Positions 15,405 to 25,693 of a stretch of 64,000 nt of DNA are shown in pieces. The notes under the pieces were generated by a model, which was not told the DNA's origin, did no database searches, and was given only the letters and a program-made list of their open reading frames with translations. The stretch lies in the IMG/VR virus record IMGVR_UViG_3300020215_000003; one strand, written 5' to 3'. Position 1 is the stretch's first letter; each line of letters begins with the position of its first letter. Made by a program: the position numbers and the translations under genes. Source of the stretch: an uncultured virus (IMG/VR IMGVR_UViG_3300020215_000003). Taxonomy: Duplodnaviria > Heunggongvirae > Uroviricota > Caudoviricetes.

Positions 15405-16325
15405 ATGGCAGGCGATTGGATCAAGATCGAAAAGAGCACCTTGGACAAGCCTGAAATTATGGCCATCGCGTCCAAGCTCTCGTTGTCGCACGAGCTTGTT
15501 TTCGCCAAGTGCGTCAAGCTGTGGTCGTGGATGGACACCCATTCCAGCGACGGTTTTTGCAAGGGCGTGAATGTTTCATGGGTTGACGTGTTCGTGCAGG
15601 TGCCAGGCTTCGGACAAGCCATGCTCGATGTTGGCTGGCTGAGAGACCGAAGCGGGGCGCTAGAGTTCCCTAACTTCAACAGGCATTGCGGTGACACGGC
15701 AAAGTCAAGGGCCGCGTCCTTCAAACGCCAGATCAAGCATCGAGAGAAGCGAAAGAACGGCCAGATACCAGGTACGCTGCGTCGGCATGTCTTAGAGCGG
15801 GATCGGGACACGTGCGTTTACTGTGGCTGGAATCCATCGAAAGGCACGTCTCCGAACGATCCTCAACTAGACACCCTGAGCATCGACCATGTTGTTCCCG
15901 TCTGCGCTGGCGGCCCCACTACGAAAGACAATCTAGTGACCGCCTGCATGCGGTGCAATATCGCTAAGAATGGCCGCTCTCTCGAAGAATCTGGCTTCGC
16001 GTTGAAGTATGTGACCGACAAATGCAATGAAGAAGTGTTACAAAAACGTGACACCTCTTCTCTTATCTCTTCTCCTTCTTTTGTTCCTCCTTCTTTGGAA
16101 GAAGTTAGGAATTACTGCGCGCAGAGAAACAGCCCCATAGACCCAGAGCAGTTCCATGCCCACTACACGGCCAATGGCTGGGTACAGGGGCACAGGAACA
16201 AGCCGATCCGGGACTGGAAGGCGGCGGTGATTACGTGGGAGCGGAAGCGGAAAGAGCATGGCTCAGAGCCGTTTGCTCCGCGGAAGGAGTCGATCGCGGA
16301 GAAGATTGCGAGGCTCAGCAAATGA
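15405..16325 (+). CDS. Phage replication initiator with an internal HNH domain
   Basis: N-terminus MAGDWIK...DKPE; central CVYCG...IDHVVP..AGG....NLVTAC..CN..K; C-terminus FVPPSLEEV...F..HY.ANGW...DWKAA..TW. Confidence 0.8.
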   Translation: MAGDWIKIEKSTLDKPEIMAIASKLSLSHELVFAKCVKLWSWMDTHSSDGFCKGVNVSWVDVFVQVPGFGQAMLDVGWLRDRSGALEFPNFNRHCGDTAKSRAASFKRQIKHREKRKNGQIPGTLRRHVLERDRDTCVYCGWNPSKGTSPNDPQLDTLSIDHVVPVCAGGPTTKDNLVTACMRCNIAKNGRSLEESGFALKYVTDKCNEEVLQKRDTSSLISSPSFVPPSLEEVRNYCAQRNSPIDPEQFHAHYTANGWVQGHRNKPIRDWKAAVITWERKRKEHGSEPFAPRKESIAEKIARLSK

Positions 16326-17620
16326 CCACGTGGCAAGGATGTTACGACGCCGGCTGGAAGGGCCTCATCGTTGAGGACGCCTTCGCTCACCCGGCGAAGT
16401 TCTCGCGCAACCTCATCGGCCGCATCTACCGGCACATGATCGAACGCGGCTGGCTCGCGCCGGGCATGACGGTCGTGGACCCGTTCGGCGGCGTGGCCCT
16501 CGGGGCGCTGGACGCGATGGCGAACGGGCTGCACTGGCGCGGGTGCGAACTCGAAAGCCGCTTTGTCACGCTCGGCCAGGCCAACATCGCCGAATGGACG
16601 CGCCGATTCGGGCATAGTCAGGGCTGGGGTACGGCGCAATTGATACAAGGCGACTCACGGCGGCTGGGTGATGCGCTTGCGTTGCCAAGAGCGCGAGCGG
16701 CCCACCCCCTCCCGACGGGGAGTGTGGAAGCCGTCGTGAGTTCGCCCCCTTATTCAGAGGGTTGCGCTAGGACCGGAGGCAAAGACCTCCATCCAGAGCG
16801 GATTGACGGCGGGAAGATAGGCGTCGTCCTCGAATCCTACGGCTCCTCCCCCGGCCAACTCGGAGCCATGCCTGCTGGGTCGGTCGAGGCGGTGGTGTCG
16901 AGTCCGCCGTATGCGGATCATCTGGGCGACGGATCCAACGGCATTGACACGACCAAAATGCAGCGGGCGTCATCCGGTCAGAAGCGAGGCCCGGGCACAA
17001 AACACGAGAAAACCTTCCAATCTCAGGCCGGCGGCTACAGCAAAGGCCTGGGCAACCTCGGCAACCTCCGCCCCGGCAGCGTCGATGCGTGTGTGTCGTC
17101 GCCCCCGTATGAGGGGAGCCTGGATCGTGGCGTCGTCGATCCTGCAGAGCGGGTGCAGCTTGCTCGTGAAATGGGCATCAGCAACGCCGAGCATATCTCG
17201 CCGATTGACATGGAGCGCATTGGCAAACGCTCTCAGGGGGACTACGGGCGGACTGACGGCCAGCTCGGCGGCGAGTCGTCCGAAACCTTCTGGTCTGCCG
17301 CCCGCGAAATAGTCCTGCAATGCGCCGCGATCCTGCGCCCAGGTGGCGTGGCCGCTTTCGTCACGAAAGATTTCGTCCGCGACAAGAAGCGCGTCCCCTT
17401 CTCCGCCGATTGGGTGAAGCTGTGCGAGGCGTGCGGGTTCCGGCTGGTCGAGTGGGTCAAGGCGTCGCTGGTCAAGGACCTCGGCTCGCACGCGGACCTC
17501 TACGGCGACGTGCATCACCGCAAGGTCGAGAGGAAATCTTTCTTCCGCAGACTCGCTGAGAAGAAAGGCAGTCCAAGGATCGACGAGGAGGACGTGTTGT
17601 TTTTGGAGGCCGCAAAGTGA
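16322..17620 (+). CDS. DNA amino-methyltransferase (N4-C/N6-A type) with three SPPY modules
   Basis: HPAKF, VVDPFGG (SAM binding), GCELE, GDSR, three SSPPY and LRPGG; start ATG 16322. Confidence 0.85.
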   Translation: MTTWQGCYDAGWKGLIVEDAFAHPAKFSRNLIGRIYRHMIERGWLAPGMTVVDPFGGVALGALDAMANGLHWRGCELESRFVTLGQANIAEWTRRFGHSQGWGTAQLIQGDSRRLGDALALPRARAAHPLPTGSVEAVVSSPPYSEGCARTGGKDLHPERIDGGKIGVVLESYGSSPGQLGAMPAGSVEAVVSSPPYADHLGDGSNGIDTTKMQRASSGQKRGPGTKHEKTFQSQAGGYSKGLGNLGNLRPGSVDACVSSPPYEGSLDRGVVDPAERVQLAREMGISNAEHISPIDMERIGKRSQGDYGRTDGQLGGESSETFWSAAREIVLQCAAILRPGGVAAFVTKDFVRDKKRVPFSADWVKLCEACGFRLVEWVKASLVKDLGSHADLYGDVHHRKVERKSFFRRLAEKKGSPRIDEEDVLFLEAAK

Positions 17621-18309
17621 CCACCGACGAATGGGCCTCCTGGGTCGAGTACCACGCCACCCTGCACCGGATCGCAGACGACCAGGATCTGCGCATGATG
17701 CAGCTCTGGCGCGAGGTATTCGAGTCCAGGAACTACACCGCAGAAGAACTCCGGGCTGCCTCGCTGCACCTGTCCATGACCCAGCCAAAGACTTGGCGCA
17801 GCGAGCACCTGGAGTTCCTCCTGGAGCACGTCGCCGGACGACGCCGGCAGGAAGCGGTCGCGGCGCGGCACGCAGAGCAAGGCGAGTATTCGTACTGCGC
17901 CTTGTGCCGCGGCTCGGGATTGATCGGGGGCGTTCCCCATCTGACCGACGTGAAAAGCGGCGAGTGGGTGCATCCATTCCGCAGGGGGGCGGTAGTGTGC
18001 CGGTGCTCCAAGGGGGCGGGGTGGAGGTCTGGGTACGAGCAGAACGTGGAGCGGCGCCGGAGCAAGAACCTACGGCCGATGCCGCCGCAACTCACCATCG
18101 ACGAGTACGAGCTGCGCAACGCCGGCTGGAAGATGCAGCTCGAGGATTTCGAGCAGAAGCGCAAGGCCGAGAAGCGGGCCCGGGAAGAGACGCGCGAGCA
18201 CGACCGCAAGCGCGGGCGGATCGGCCTCATCGGGTCGGTGGTGGAGCGGGTGGTGGCGAAGGTCGAGTCCGCTACCGTGCCCGAGGTGCCGGATGAGTGC
18301 CCGTTCTGA
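17617..18309 (+). CDS. Replication-associated protein, possible helicase loader with zinc finger
   Basis: Follows the initiator gene; CALCRGSG...CRC motif. Confidence 0.5.
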   Translation: MTTDEWASWVEYHATLHRIADDQDLRMMQLWREVFESRNYTAEELRAASLHLSMTQPKTWRSEHLEFLLEHVAGRRRQEAVAARHAEQGEYSYCALCRGSGLIGGVPHLTDVKSGEWVHPFRRGAVVCRCSKGAGWRSGYEQNVERRRSKNLRPMPPQLTIDEYELRNAGWKMQLEDFEQKRKAEKRAREETREHDRKRGRIGLIGSVVERVVAKVESATVPEVPDECPF

Positions 18310-18490
18310 CCCCGTAGAGCCTCTGCCCCTGATCCGCTGCGGGCGCTGCGCCAAGGTGCGCGATGCCAAGGTGCATCCGTGCGACACGTGCAAGGACCCG
18401 GAGTTCGAGTTGATCTTCGCCAGCCGAGAGGACCGGGAGCGGTGGCTGGAGGAGCAGAAGCATCCCAGGAGGAAGCATGGCCGCAAATAG
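18293..18490 (+). CDS. Small zinc-ribbon protein
   Basis: CGRC...CDTC. Confidence 0.5.
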   Translation: MSARSDPVEPLPLIRCGRCAKVRDAKVHPCDTCKDPEFELIFASREDRERWLEEQKHPRRKHGRK

Positions 18491-19526
18491 TGCCATTGAG
18501 TGGACGGACGCGAGTTGGAATTGCCTGGCAGGCTGCGAGGCGATCAGCCCCGGATGCGCGCGGTGCTATGCCGCCACCATGACGCGCCGGCTCGAAGCGA
18601 TGGGCCAGAAGGCTTACGCCGGCCTCACGACGGACAAGCATTTCAACGGCACGGTGCGCTGCCTGCCGGAGAAACTGACGATCCCGCTCCGCTGGAAGAA
18701 GCCGCGCCGCATCTTCGTGAACAGCATGAGCGACCTGTTTCATGAGGACGTGCCGTTTGAGTTTATCGCCATCGTGTTCGGGGTTATGGCAGCTTGCCAG
18801 CAGCACACGTTTCAAGTGTTGACGAAGCGCGCTGAGCGGATGCAAGAGATTCTGCCGGAAATAGCACATCCTCGGCTTCGTCACGTTCCAGACTATGCCC
18901 GGCATCTTGTTGAGCCACTGACCAAAGCGCCAAGAGTGCCGTGGCCACTCCCAAACGTCTGGCTTGGCGTCTCCGTCGAAGATCAGCAACGCGCGGACGA
19001 ACGAATCCCGCTGCTGCTCAAGACGCCGGCGGCGGTGCGGTTCCTGTCATGCGAACCCCTTCTAGGACCGTTGGACATTTACTACGGCCTGCAATCTGAG
19101 CGAGATTTGTACTCGCGCGATGATCGCTTCGGCATTCCGAATAACGCAAGCACCGCAAAGGTCGATTGGGTGATCGTCGGCGGCGAGTCCGGGCCGCACG
19201 CAAGGCCGATGCATCCCGACTGGGCGCGGTCACTGCGGGACCAGTGCCAGGCTGCCGGCGTACCGTTCTTCTTCAAGCAATGGGGCGAGTGGGCACCAAT
19301 CGAGAATCACCGCGTCATGGTGCCGAAAGCTCAAGGCGGCAACTACGGTATCCTTCCTGGCGGAGAAAAGGTGTTCGGAAGCGACTCTCGCCAATTGCAC
19401 ATATGGCCAGACAAGATTGGCCGGGACGATTCGTTTTCCTGTCTGAAGGTCGGCAAGAAAGCCGCTGGCCGGTTGCTCGACGGCCGCGAGTGGAATGAGT
19501 TCCCGGAGGTACGGTGCGGATTATAA
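18477..19526 (+). CDS. Phage Gp37/Gp68 family protein (DUF5131)
   Basis: IEWTD..WN...GC...[38 protein letters not shown] and FFFKQWG. Confidence 0.95.
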   Translation: MAANSAIEWTDASWNCLAGCEAISPGCARCYAATMTRRLEAMGQKAYAGLTTDKHFNGTVRCLPEKLTIPLRWKKPRRIFVNSMSDLFHEDVPFEFIAIVFGVMAACQQHTFQVLTKRAERMQEILPEIAHPRLRHVPDYARHLVEPLTKAPRVPWPLPNVWLGVSVEDQQRADERIPLLLKTPAAVRFLSCEPLLGPLDIYYGLQSERDLYSRDDRFGIPNNASTAKVDWVIVGGESGPHARPMHPDWARSLRDQCQAAGVPFFFKQWGEWAPIENHRVMVPKAQGGNYGILPGGEKVFGSDSRQLHIWPDKIGRDDSFSCLKVGKKAAGRLLDGREWNEFPEVRCGL

Positions 19527-19951
19527 ACCCCGACCTCTTGCGGCGTTACTCAGGGGCCGGCATATGCGACCTCTGCGGCAAGCGCGTCCGCAACCGTCAT
19601 GGGCACCACATATTCCACCGTGGCCTCGGTGGCGGATTTCAGATCGACCTGGCCATCAACATACTCTCGGCTTGTGAAACCTTTGCCGGAGGCGACCACT
19701 GCCACGCCCTGATCCATGCGGCGAAGCTGACCATCTCAGGGAGGCGGGCGACCAGGGACGACCTGCTGATGATCGTGGCCCAGCGCGAGCGAACCACGGT
19801 GGACGACATCGTAGCGGTGATCCACATGCTCCGCAGGCTACCGAAGGGATCGTCAGCGGAGCGGATCGAAGAGGCGATACGGGAGCTGGATGCGTCAGCG
19901 GCGGAGCTGGCGCGACGGGAGCTGAGAGAGGCGAAGGTGTTGGCGGCTTAG
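19514..19951 (+). CDS. HNH-like nuclease
   Basis: CDLCG...[11 protein letters not shown]...N....C...CH..IH. Confidence 0.65.
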   Translation: MRIINPDLLRRYSGAGICDLCGKRVRNRHGHHIFHRGLGGGFQIDLAINILSACETFAGGDHCHALIHAAKLTISGRRATRDDLLMIVAQRERTTVDDIVAVIHMLRRLPKGSSAERIEEAIRELDASAAELARRELREAKVLAA

Positions 19952-19961
19952 GAGGTAGGCG

Positions 19962-20159
19962 ATGGACAGGCACCCACCGAACCAATTCTGCGCCTGCGAC
20001 CGCTGCGAGGCGGCGCGAGAAGCCGAGGCGGACCGCGCCTTCGATGCGCCGGAGCCTGACTTCGGCCACTGCCACGAATGCGGCGCGCCGCTGATGGAGG
20101 AGGAGAACTACACCTGCGATTCGTGTGATGAGGAAATGGGCCTGGAGTTTATGCCGTGA
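19962..20159 (+). CDS. Small acidic zinc-finger protein
   Basis: AGGAGG RBS; several CxxC motifs. Confidence 0.6.
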   Translation: MDRHPPNQFCACDRCEAAREAEADRAFDAPEPDFGHCHECGAPLMEEENYTCDSCDEEMGLEFMP

Positions 20160-20395
20160 AGATCACCAGAGATGAGGGCGGCAAAGCCGTCCGCGAAGCA
20201 TGGGTTAATTACGTCCGCGAGACGGTCGCGGAGCCGAAGCCTTCTCATGTCGCGCCGTGGGAAGAACTGAGCGAGTGGGACAAGGAAGCCGACCGGCGCA
20301 TCTACGACGCCGTTCTGAAACTGCACGCCAAGCGCATGGCTGAACTCGTGGACGCGCTGGGCAGGCGACAACAGGAGGAGGACGACGGCCGATGA
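20156..20395 (+). CDS. Small protein with a RyR-repeat-like motif
   Basis: PSHVAPWEELSEWDKEADR. Confidence 0.55.
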   Translation: MKITRDEGGKAVREAWVNYVRETVAEPKPSHVAPWEELSEWDKEADRRIYDAVLKLHAKRMAELVDALGRRQQEEDDGR

Positions 20396-20727
20396 CCGAA
20401 TCAACAACCCTAGCTCATTCGATCCTGGACGACGAAGGCATCCCGCGCAAGGGGCCGTTCGACTTCCTGAGCATCGGCGACCGCGTGACGGCGCTACAGG
20501 CGAAGTGCCAAGCGATAGCCGCCGGCAACGCCGTTCTGCGGGCACAGCTCCAGCGGATAGACGTGTTGCTTGGGACGCTGCGGGCGCGTGCGGCGACCTG
20601 CAATCACAAGGCGGAGCGCGCGGCCGTGATGATGAGCCGGGACGCTGACTACCTGCACGGCCTTTACCACGCCACGAATGACGCGGCGAACGACCTGGAG
20701 AAGGCAATCAAAGGAGAAACGACATGA
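20392..20727 (+). CDS. Coiled-coil hypothetical protein
   Basis: Coupled ORF with GGAGGAGG upstream. Confidence 0.6.
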   Translation: MTESTTLAHSILDDEGIPRKGPFDFLSIGDRVTALQAKCQAIAAGNAVLRAQLQRIDVLLGTLRARAATCNHKAERAAVMMSRDADYLHGLYHATNDAANDLEKAIKGETT

Positions 20728-21155
20728 CCCGCGAGCAAATGAAGGAAGCCGCAGACAAGTCATGGGGCTTCGAGGCTGTGAAGCATCCGCGTTGTTGCCC
20801 ACACTGCGGCTGGCAATTCGACGCCCGCGAGAGCCGCTTGGTGCCGTCGCACAAGTGGCTGGACGCGCGTAACTTTGCGGAAGGCGACTTGTGCCCCGGC
20901 ATCGGCCAGGTGCCGCGCAACCCGGAGAGCGACAAGCGGCCACTGTGGAAGGACGAGACGAACAAGATGTTTCAGACGGTGACTCTGGTTCTTGACGACG
21001 GCAGGCGCGTGAGCTACACGGGCCGGGCGCAGATCGACGGCGACAAGCCGCTGCGAATCCTGGAGGTGACGTTCTCTCCTGCAAAGCCACTGCCAGAAGG
21101 AATGACGTGGGACATCATGCCCGAACCAACCGAAGGAAAGGACAAGAGCCGATGA
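20724..21155 (+). CDS. Hypothetical protein
   Basis: AAGGAG RBS; CPHC motif. Confidence 0.6.
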   Translation: MTREQMKEAADKSWGFEAVKHPRCCPHCGWQFDARESRLVPSHKWLDARNFAEGDLCPGIGQVPRNPESDKRPLWKDETNKMFQTVTLVLDDGRRVSYTGRAQIDGDKPLRILEVTFSPAKPLPEGMTWDIMPEPTEGKDKSR

Positions 21156-22069
21156 ACGACGATCCTTATTGGCCAGACATCAACGAACGATGCGGTGAGC
21201 CATTGAGTTCATTTCGGGACCAGCGGCCGTCTTGTACGTCTGATAAACGAAGTGGGCCTGATAAGCCCGACCTGACGGCCGCCAAATCACCCTGGCATGA
21301 ACGTGGTGAGCAACTGGAGTCAGAACAGGGCGCGTATGCCTCCTACGCTGCCTGGGAAGAATGGTTCGCCGCGAATGAAATGGACACGACCGACATCCTC
21401 GGCGACCTCGACGGCATTGAGAAAGCTCACCTGTATCGCCTCTTTGAGCATGCGGTTGAGCAATCTAAGCTAGCCACGGCGGAAGTGACGGCCCGTCCTC
21501 CTGCTACTCGCTCCGTTGCCGGTTCAGTCCGGGAGGCCAAGGCGGATGCAGTGGAAACGCAGGAGCCGCCTCCATCTTTGTGTGTCCCTTCCGATCCCCA
21601 AGCCCAACTCGCCTTGTCCGCCACGAACAAGATCCGCGAAGCGCGGCATGAAGGCAGGGGCCTCGTCACCATGTTCGAGTGCGAGGCATCCGCTCTGATC
21701 GCCCAGTACAACGAGCAGCTCTCCGAATCCATCAGCTACACCGAGACCGTCGATGCCATGCTCGACGGGATCATCCCGACACGCAAAGACCCCAAAGACC
21801 CGACGAGTCAACCGCTCTGGCTCAAGGAGCGGCTGCAGCTTCTCTTGGACCAGCTCGAAGATACGGCGGACAAGCTATCGGGCGTGTGGCTGCATCTCGA
21901 CTCCTGGGCCAGAGGCGAAGCGCCGTCGCTGGAGTTCGTGAAGGACGCGGCGGCGAGCATCCTGCGGCATCAGAAAGTGCCGGGATGGAAAGACGCGGAC
22001 CTTCAACGGAAGGCGGAAGGCGAAGTAGCCTCCGCCCCTCACCCGCCTGGAGAGGATGTGACGTTGTGA
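21152..22069 (+). CDS. Hypothetical protein
   Basis: ATGA-coupled long ORF. Confidence 0.55.
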   Translation: MNDDPYWPDINERCGEPLSSFRDQRPSCTSDKRSGPDKPDLTAAKSPWHERGEQLESEQGAYASYAAWEEWFAANEMDTTDILGDLDGIEKAHLYRLFEHAVEQSKLATAEVTARPPATRSVAGSVREAKADAVETQEPPPSLCVPSDPQAQLALSATNKIREARHEGRGLVTMFECEASALIAQYNEQLSESISYTETVDAMLDGIIPTRKDPKDPTSQPLWLKERLQLLLDQLEDTADKLSGVWLHLDSWARGEAPSLEFVKDAAASILRHQKVPGWKDADLQRKAEGEVASAPHPPGEDVTL

Positions 22070-22530
22070 CCGAGACGTACACCCATGCAACCGAATCAGA
22101 GAAGCTGTTCGTCGCCTGGCTTGAGCGGAAGTCCGCTGGCATTGAATGGTGTTCTTTGTGTTGGCTCGAAACAGCGGACGGCGACTGCGATGACCCTGAA
22201 TACTGCCCAGAGTGCGTCGAGATTCAGAGACGTGTTGAGAAGCACAACAAAACAGGCTTTACGCGCATCTGTTACGGCTCTGACTCAGAGGAAACCGACT
22301 CGCCGAAACGGTGTGAGCGGTGCGGATGCCTGCTCTACCATTCGCCAACAGAGTATTACCTCGAAGAAGAGATCGGCGTGATGGAGAAGCCAGGCCCAGT
22401 TTGTCCGTCCGACGCGGCGATCTGGCACAACATGCTGACAATGAACGGCTGCTATGGGCCATGCAATCGCGCAGAGTGGTGGCCGAAGATTGAGCCCCAT
22501 GCGAAACGGATGATGGCCGAGGCCCCCTAA
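22066..22530 (+). CDS. Cys-rich hypothetical protein
   Basis: GTGA-coupled; CSLC, CPEC and CERC. Confidence 0.6.
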   Translation: MTETYTHATESEKLFVAWLERKSAGIEWCSLCWLETADGDCDDPEYCPECVEIQRRVEKHNKTGFTRICYGSDSEETDSPKRCERCGCLLYHSPTEYYLEEEIGVMEKPGPVCPSDAAIWHNMLTMNGCYGPCNRAEWWPKIEPHAKRMMAEAP

Positions 22531-22593
22531 CCCCCACCCCCTCCCCGCGTCCGGCCCACGACGGCGGGCGGGGGACCATTGGAGGACCAGTCA

Positions 22594-22746
22594 ATGACAG
22601 GCATCGAGTTGATCGCTGCCGAGCGGCGACGCCAGATTGAGGAAGAAGGCTTCACCGCAGAGCGAGACGACGCTTACACGAGTGCCGAGCTTGCGACTCT
22701 TCCGGATTGGGACTTGAGAGGCGACGGTAAATCTGGACCTCCGTGA
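22594..22746 (+). pseudogene. Truncated member of the IAAERRRQ..EG...DD...ELA phage family
   Basis: GGAGG RBS; MTGIELIAAERRRQIEEEGFTAERDDAYTSAELA then stops at 50 aa. Confidence 0.5.
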
Positions 22747-22758
22747 AAGGACCCTCCG

Positions 22759-23128
22759 ATGCCTGACCGCCAACGCTGCCCACGCTGCGACGGACGCAAC
22801 ACGTTCCGGCACATGCAGACCGCCGCGAGCAACGACATGACCTGTCGAGACTGCAATCTCGTCTACTGCGGCAGTTGCAAGCGGACAGACGACCCCGACA
22901 AAGCCGCCCTCTCCGCCCGCGTGCAGGAGCTGGAGGCCGAAGGCGCGGCGATGCGGAAGGTGATCGAACACGGCTACCAGCCATTCGATCCGGGACATGA
23001 TGATCGACAGCGTAGAGGACGAGGGTAAGGTCTGGGAAGCGGCCGACCTGACGGACCAGGAGCAAGACGCCATCATCCGCGCGATCTGGGCGCAGTACAT
23101 CGGCATGCCGTTGAGGAGGGCGAAGTGA
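22759..23128 (+). pseudogene. Zinc-finger/coiled-coil gene with an apparent frameshift near 22968
   Basis: ...MRKVIE continues in another frame as TATSHSIRDMMIDSVEDEGKVWEAADL... Confidence 0.45.
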
Positions 23129-23215
23129 ACGCACTGACCCGAGAAGCGCTGAACCGAGAAGCCATCGCCTCGTGCAAGTTGGACGGCGAGACAAGCCGTC
23201 GGGGGAGGAAGTGAA

Positions 23216-23539
23216 GTGAGCGTATTCGCCGCCCTGTGCAAGGCGCACGGACTTCCTGAGCCGATCCCTGAGTACCGCTTTGACCCTCAGCGAAAGTGGA
23301 GGCTGGACTGGGCGTTCAACCCGGACGGCAACCGCGTCGGTCTTGAGGTGCAAGGAGGAACGTTCATCCAGGGGCGGCACTCGCGCGGGCCAGCGCTGCT
23401 CAAAGAGTACGAAAAGCTCAGAAGGCTCGCGGCTTTGGGTTGGCGGGTACTTTTCTGTACGCCTCAGCAGTTCGCGTCCGGGGAGATCCTGCCCGATCTG
23501 TGCGAGGCGATGACCTGGGCCACGGTTGGAGGCCCCTAG
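23216..23539 (+). CDS. DUF559/Vsr-like endonuclease
   Basis: PEYRF...RKWRLDWA...EVQGG...GRH...EK...GWRVL. Confidence 0.85.
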   Translation: MSVFAALCKAHGLPEPIPEYRFDPQRKWRLDWAFNPDGNRVGLEVQGGTFIQGRHSRGPALLKEYEKLRRLAALGWRVLFCTPQQFASGEILPDLCEAMTWATVGGP

Positions 23540-23555
23540 TGCGGGGGAGAAGCAA

Positions 23556-23831
23556 ATGCTCGCCATACACCTGAAGCAACTGAAGAACGGCAAGTGGGCA
23601 GCATGTGGCCCAGCGCTCAAATACTCCTCTGTCATCATCGAGAAGGACACGCCGGACGCAGCGTTCAATGCCGCCACGAAGTTCCTGGATGAGTACGAGC
23701 TGTTCCTTGACCACTTGTATGGCTGCTGCGATGAGGAGACGTGCCAAACATGCAAGAGCGACAAGGAAGCCGGTCGTGACGTAAGGGGATTTAGAACAGG
23801 CAATCGTCCGAAGCGCTACAACGCGAAGTGA
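23556..23831 (+). CDS. Hypothetical protein
   Basis: ORF with GGAG upstream. Confidence 0.55.
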   Translation: MLAIHLKQLKNGKWAACGPALKYSSVIIEKDTPDAAFNAATKFLDEYELFLDHLYGCCDEETCQTCKSDKEAGRDVRGFRTGNRPKRYNAK

Positions 23832-23845
23832 CCACGGAGCAAACG

Positions 23846-24007
23846 ATGGACCCGGACGACCTGCTCAAGAAACTTCCGATGCCCGTATTCATCGCTTGGG
23901 TCAAGGCGGCAATGGCGATCTACGAGTGCGGCCTGGAAGTGGCCTACAGCGACAACGAGATCATCGTCCTGCGGTATCGCAAGGGAGGAGCATCGAATGG
24001 GCATTGA
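23846..24007 (+). CDS. Small hypothetical protein
   Basis: Manual translation MDPDDLLKKLPMPVFIAWVKAAMAIYE...; fills an operon gap. Confidence 0.45.
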   Translation: MDPDDLLKKLPMPVFIAWVKAAMAIYECGLEVAYSDNEIIVLRYRKGGASNGH

Positions 24008-24428
24008 CCTGACAAAGCTCGCACCAGCGCCGTGGAGCATCCTTCGTGACCACGAGATCATCAAGGTTTTTCATCCAGAACTTGAGGAAGGAGCCGTGAT
24101 TGTTTTAGGTCCACCTCGCGGCGGCACCCACATGCACCCAGAGGTGTTCGCGAGCAACGAAATCGTCGGCTATGCCATGCCGGAGGCGCTAGAGTTCGTC
24201 GTGTTGGCACGAGAAGCCCTGGACGTGATGATGCAGCGCGGGTGGTATCCGGTCAAAGAGCAGCGCGGGTGGATCGTAGCAACGCAGGGCATGGCTGCCA
24301 GGCTGACTCCGACACTGTGGGACGGATGGAAGGCCATAGTGGCCCAAGACCCATTTACTGCTCTCGTAGAAGCGGACGCTTGGTACAGGACCAATGTCGA
24401 AAATACCTCGAAAGGTTGGGTGCGATGA
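23997..24428 (+). CDS. Hypothetical protein, paralog 2
   Basis: DLTKLAPAPW, EFVVLAREALDVMMQRGW and DPFTALVEADAWY. Confidence 0.75.
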   Translation: MGIDLTKLAPAPWSILRDHEIIKVFHPELEEGAVIVLGPPRGGTHMHPEVFASNEIVGYAMPEALEFVVLAREALDVMMQRGWYPVKEQRGWIVATQGMAARLTPTLWDGWKAIVAQDPFTALVEADAWYRTNVENTSKGWVR

Positions 24429-24736
24429 CGCAGCGTGAGTTCTGGCGCATCCTGGCGACGCGGAAGGGGCTGGGGTGGCAGTTGTACGATTGCGGCATGA
24501 TTCGGCGTGCTGGCGCGTTGAATGTTATTGATGTTGCGTGCCCAGTATGCGATGCAGCGAACGCAGTAGAGACGCAGTTCGGGCTTTTAGGCAACTACAG
24601 CATGGCGGCACATTTACTGGGCATCTCTTATCGTTTCGCGCATGCTGTTGCCATTGCAGCCGACAACAACCACGACCACGACCCCCGCATCCGGCGGCGG
24701 TTGCTCAGGACGCTGGGGCTGGAGGAGAAATCATGA
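24425..24736 (+). CDS. Hypothetical protein
   Basis: ATGA-coupled; CPVC...AADN. Confidence 0.6.
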   Translation: MTQREFWRILATRKGLGWQLYDCGMIRRAGALNVIDVACPVCDAANAVETQFGLLGNYSMAAHLLGISYRFAHAVAIAADNNHDHDPRIRRRLLRTLGLEEKS

Positions 24737-25212
24737 GCCTTGACGTGTATCTGAAAGTGCCTCGTGAAAGCCACGAAGAGGGCGAGCGGCGGTGGGACGG
24801 CCCAGACAAGTGCTGCTGCGACCACAAGCCTACCGGAGATGATCCGGGCGGTTCGTGCGTGTGGTGCATCCACTGCAATGCGTGGTTCCGGCCGCATTTG
24901 CGTGACGCTGGCTGTCCGTCCGCCAAGAGGATCTATGACTCAAACATAACGCACAACCTGAACACGATGGCGGAAGCGGCTGGCATATACAAAGCGTGCT
25001 GGCGACCTGACGAGATCGGCATCACCAAGGCGAAGCAACTGATTCCGCTGCTTCGGGACGGCCTTGCAAAACTGGAAGCTGATCCGAAGAAGTACGAGGC
25101 GTACAACTCACCGAACGGCTGGGGCCTCTACAGAAACTTCGTCCCTTGGGTGCGGAGCTACCTGTCCGCGTGCATCGACAATCCAGAAGCCGACGTTGAG
25201 GTATCTCGATGA
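24733..25212 (+). CDS. Conserved phage protein with a Cys-rich insertion
   Basis: MSLDVYL...NITHNL..MA..AG.Y...WRP...NGWG.Y pattern; GGAGGAG RBS. Confidence 0.75.
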   Translation: MSLDVYLKVPRESHEEGERRWDGPDKCCCDHKPTGDDPGGSCVWCIHCNAWFRPHLRDAGCPSAKRIYDSNITHNLNTMAEAAGIYKACWRPDEIGITKAKQLIPLLRDGLAKLEADPKKYEAYNSPNGWGLYRNFVPWVRSYLSACIDNPEADVEVSR

Positions 25213-25673
25213 CTCCCCTCCCCACCGATTACGCCCGCGATGCAGAGGCGGACCTGCGCGTCTGCGAGGCGGCAAGCCAAGGCCCGTGGCATGTAGACTT
25301 CCACTCATGGGACATCTACCGCGAGCTTCCTGGCGACGAGGACACCGGACGCAGAATTTTAATCGTAGAGGGCACGCATGACGCGGCCTATGCCGAAGAT
25401 CAGACGTGGGTGAAGAAAGACGATGCCGACTTTTGCGCCCTCGCGCGTGAAGCCCTGCCCGCCTACATCCGGCGCGCTGTGGCGGCGGAGGCGGAGAATC
25501 TGCGGCTGCGGTCTATGCTGGAGCGGTGGCAGCGCGAGTTCGCGGCGCTGAGGGAGTTCATGCACACGTCCCACCACGCCGTACCCGATTTCGTCAGCTC
25601 CGCGCAGAGGATCGCCGACGATGCGAAGGCCCTACTTGCACAGCCTCCACACGGCCATCGGGGTCCAGGTTGA
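25209..25673 (+). CDS. Ead/Ea22-like protein
   Basis: AASQGPW...DADFCALAREALP followed by a coiled coil. Confidence 0.6.
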   Translation: MTPLPTDYARDAEADLRVCEAASQGPWHVDFHSWDIYRELPGDEDTGRRILIVEGTHDAAYAEDQTWVKKDDADFCALAREALPAYIRRAVAAEAENLRLRSMLERWQREFAALREFMHTSHHAVPDFVSSAQRIADDAKALLAQPPHGHRGPG

Positions 25674-25693
25674 ACCTTTTTTCCATTTTTCTC

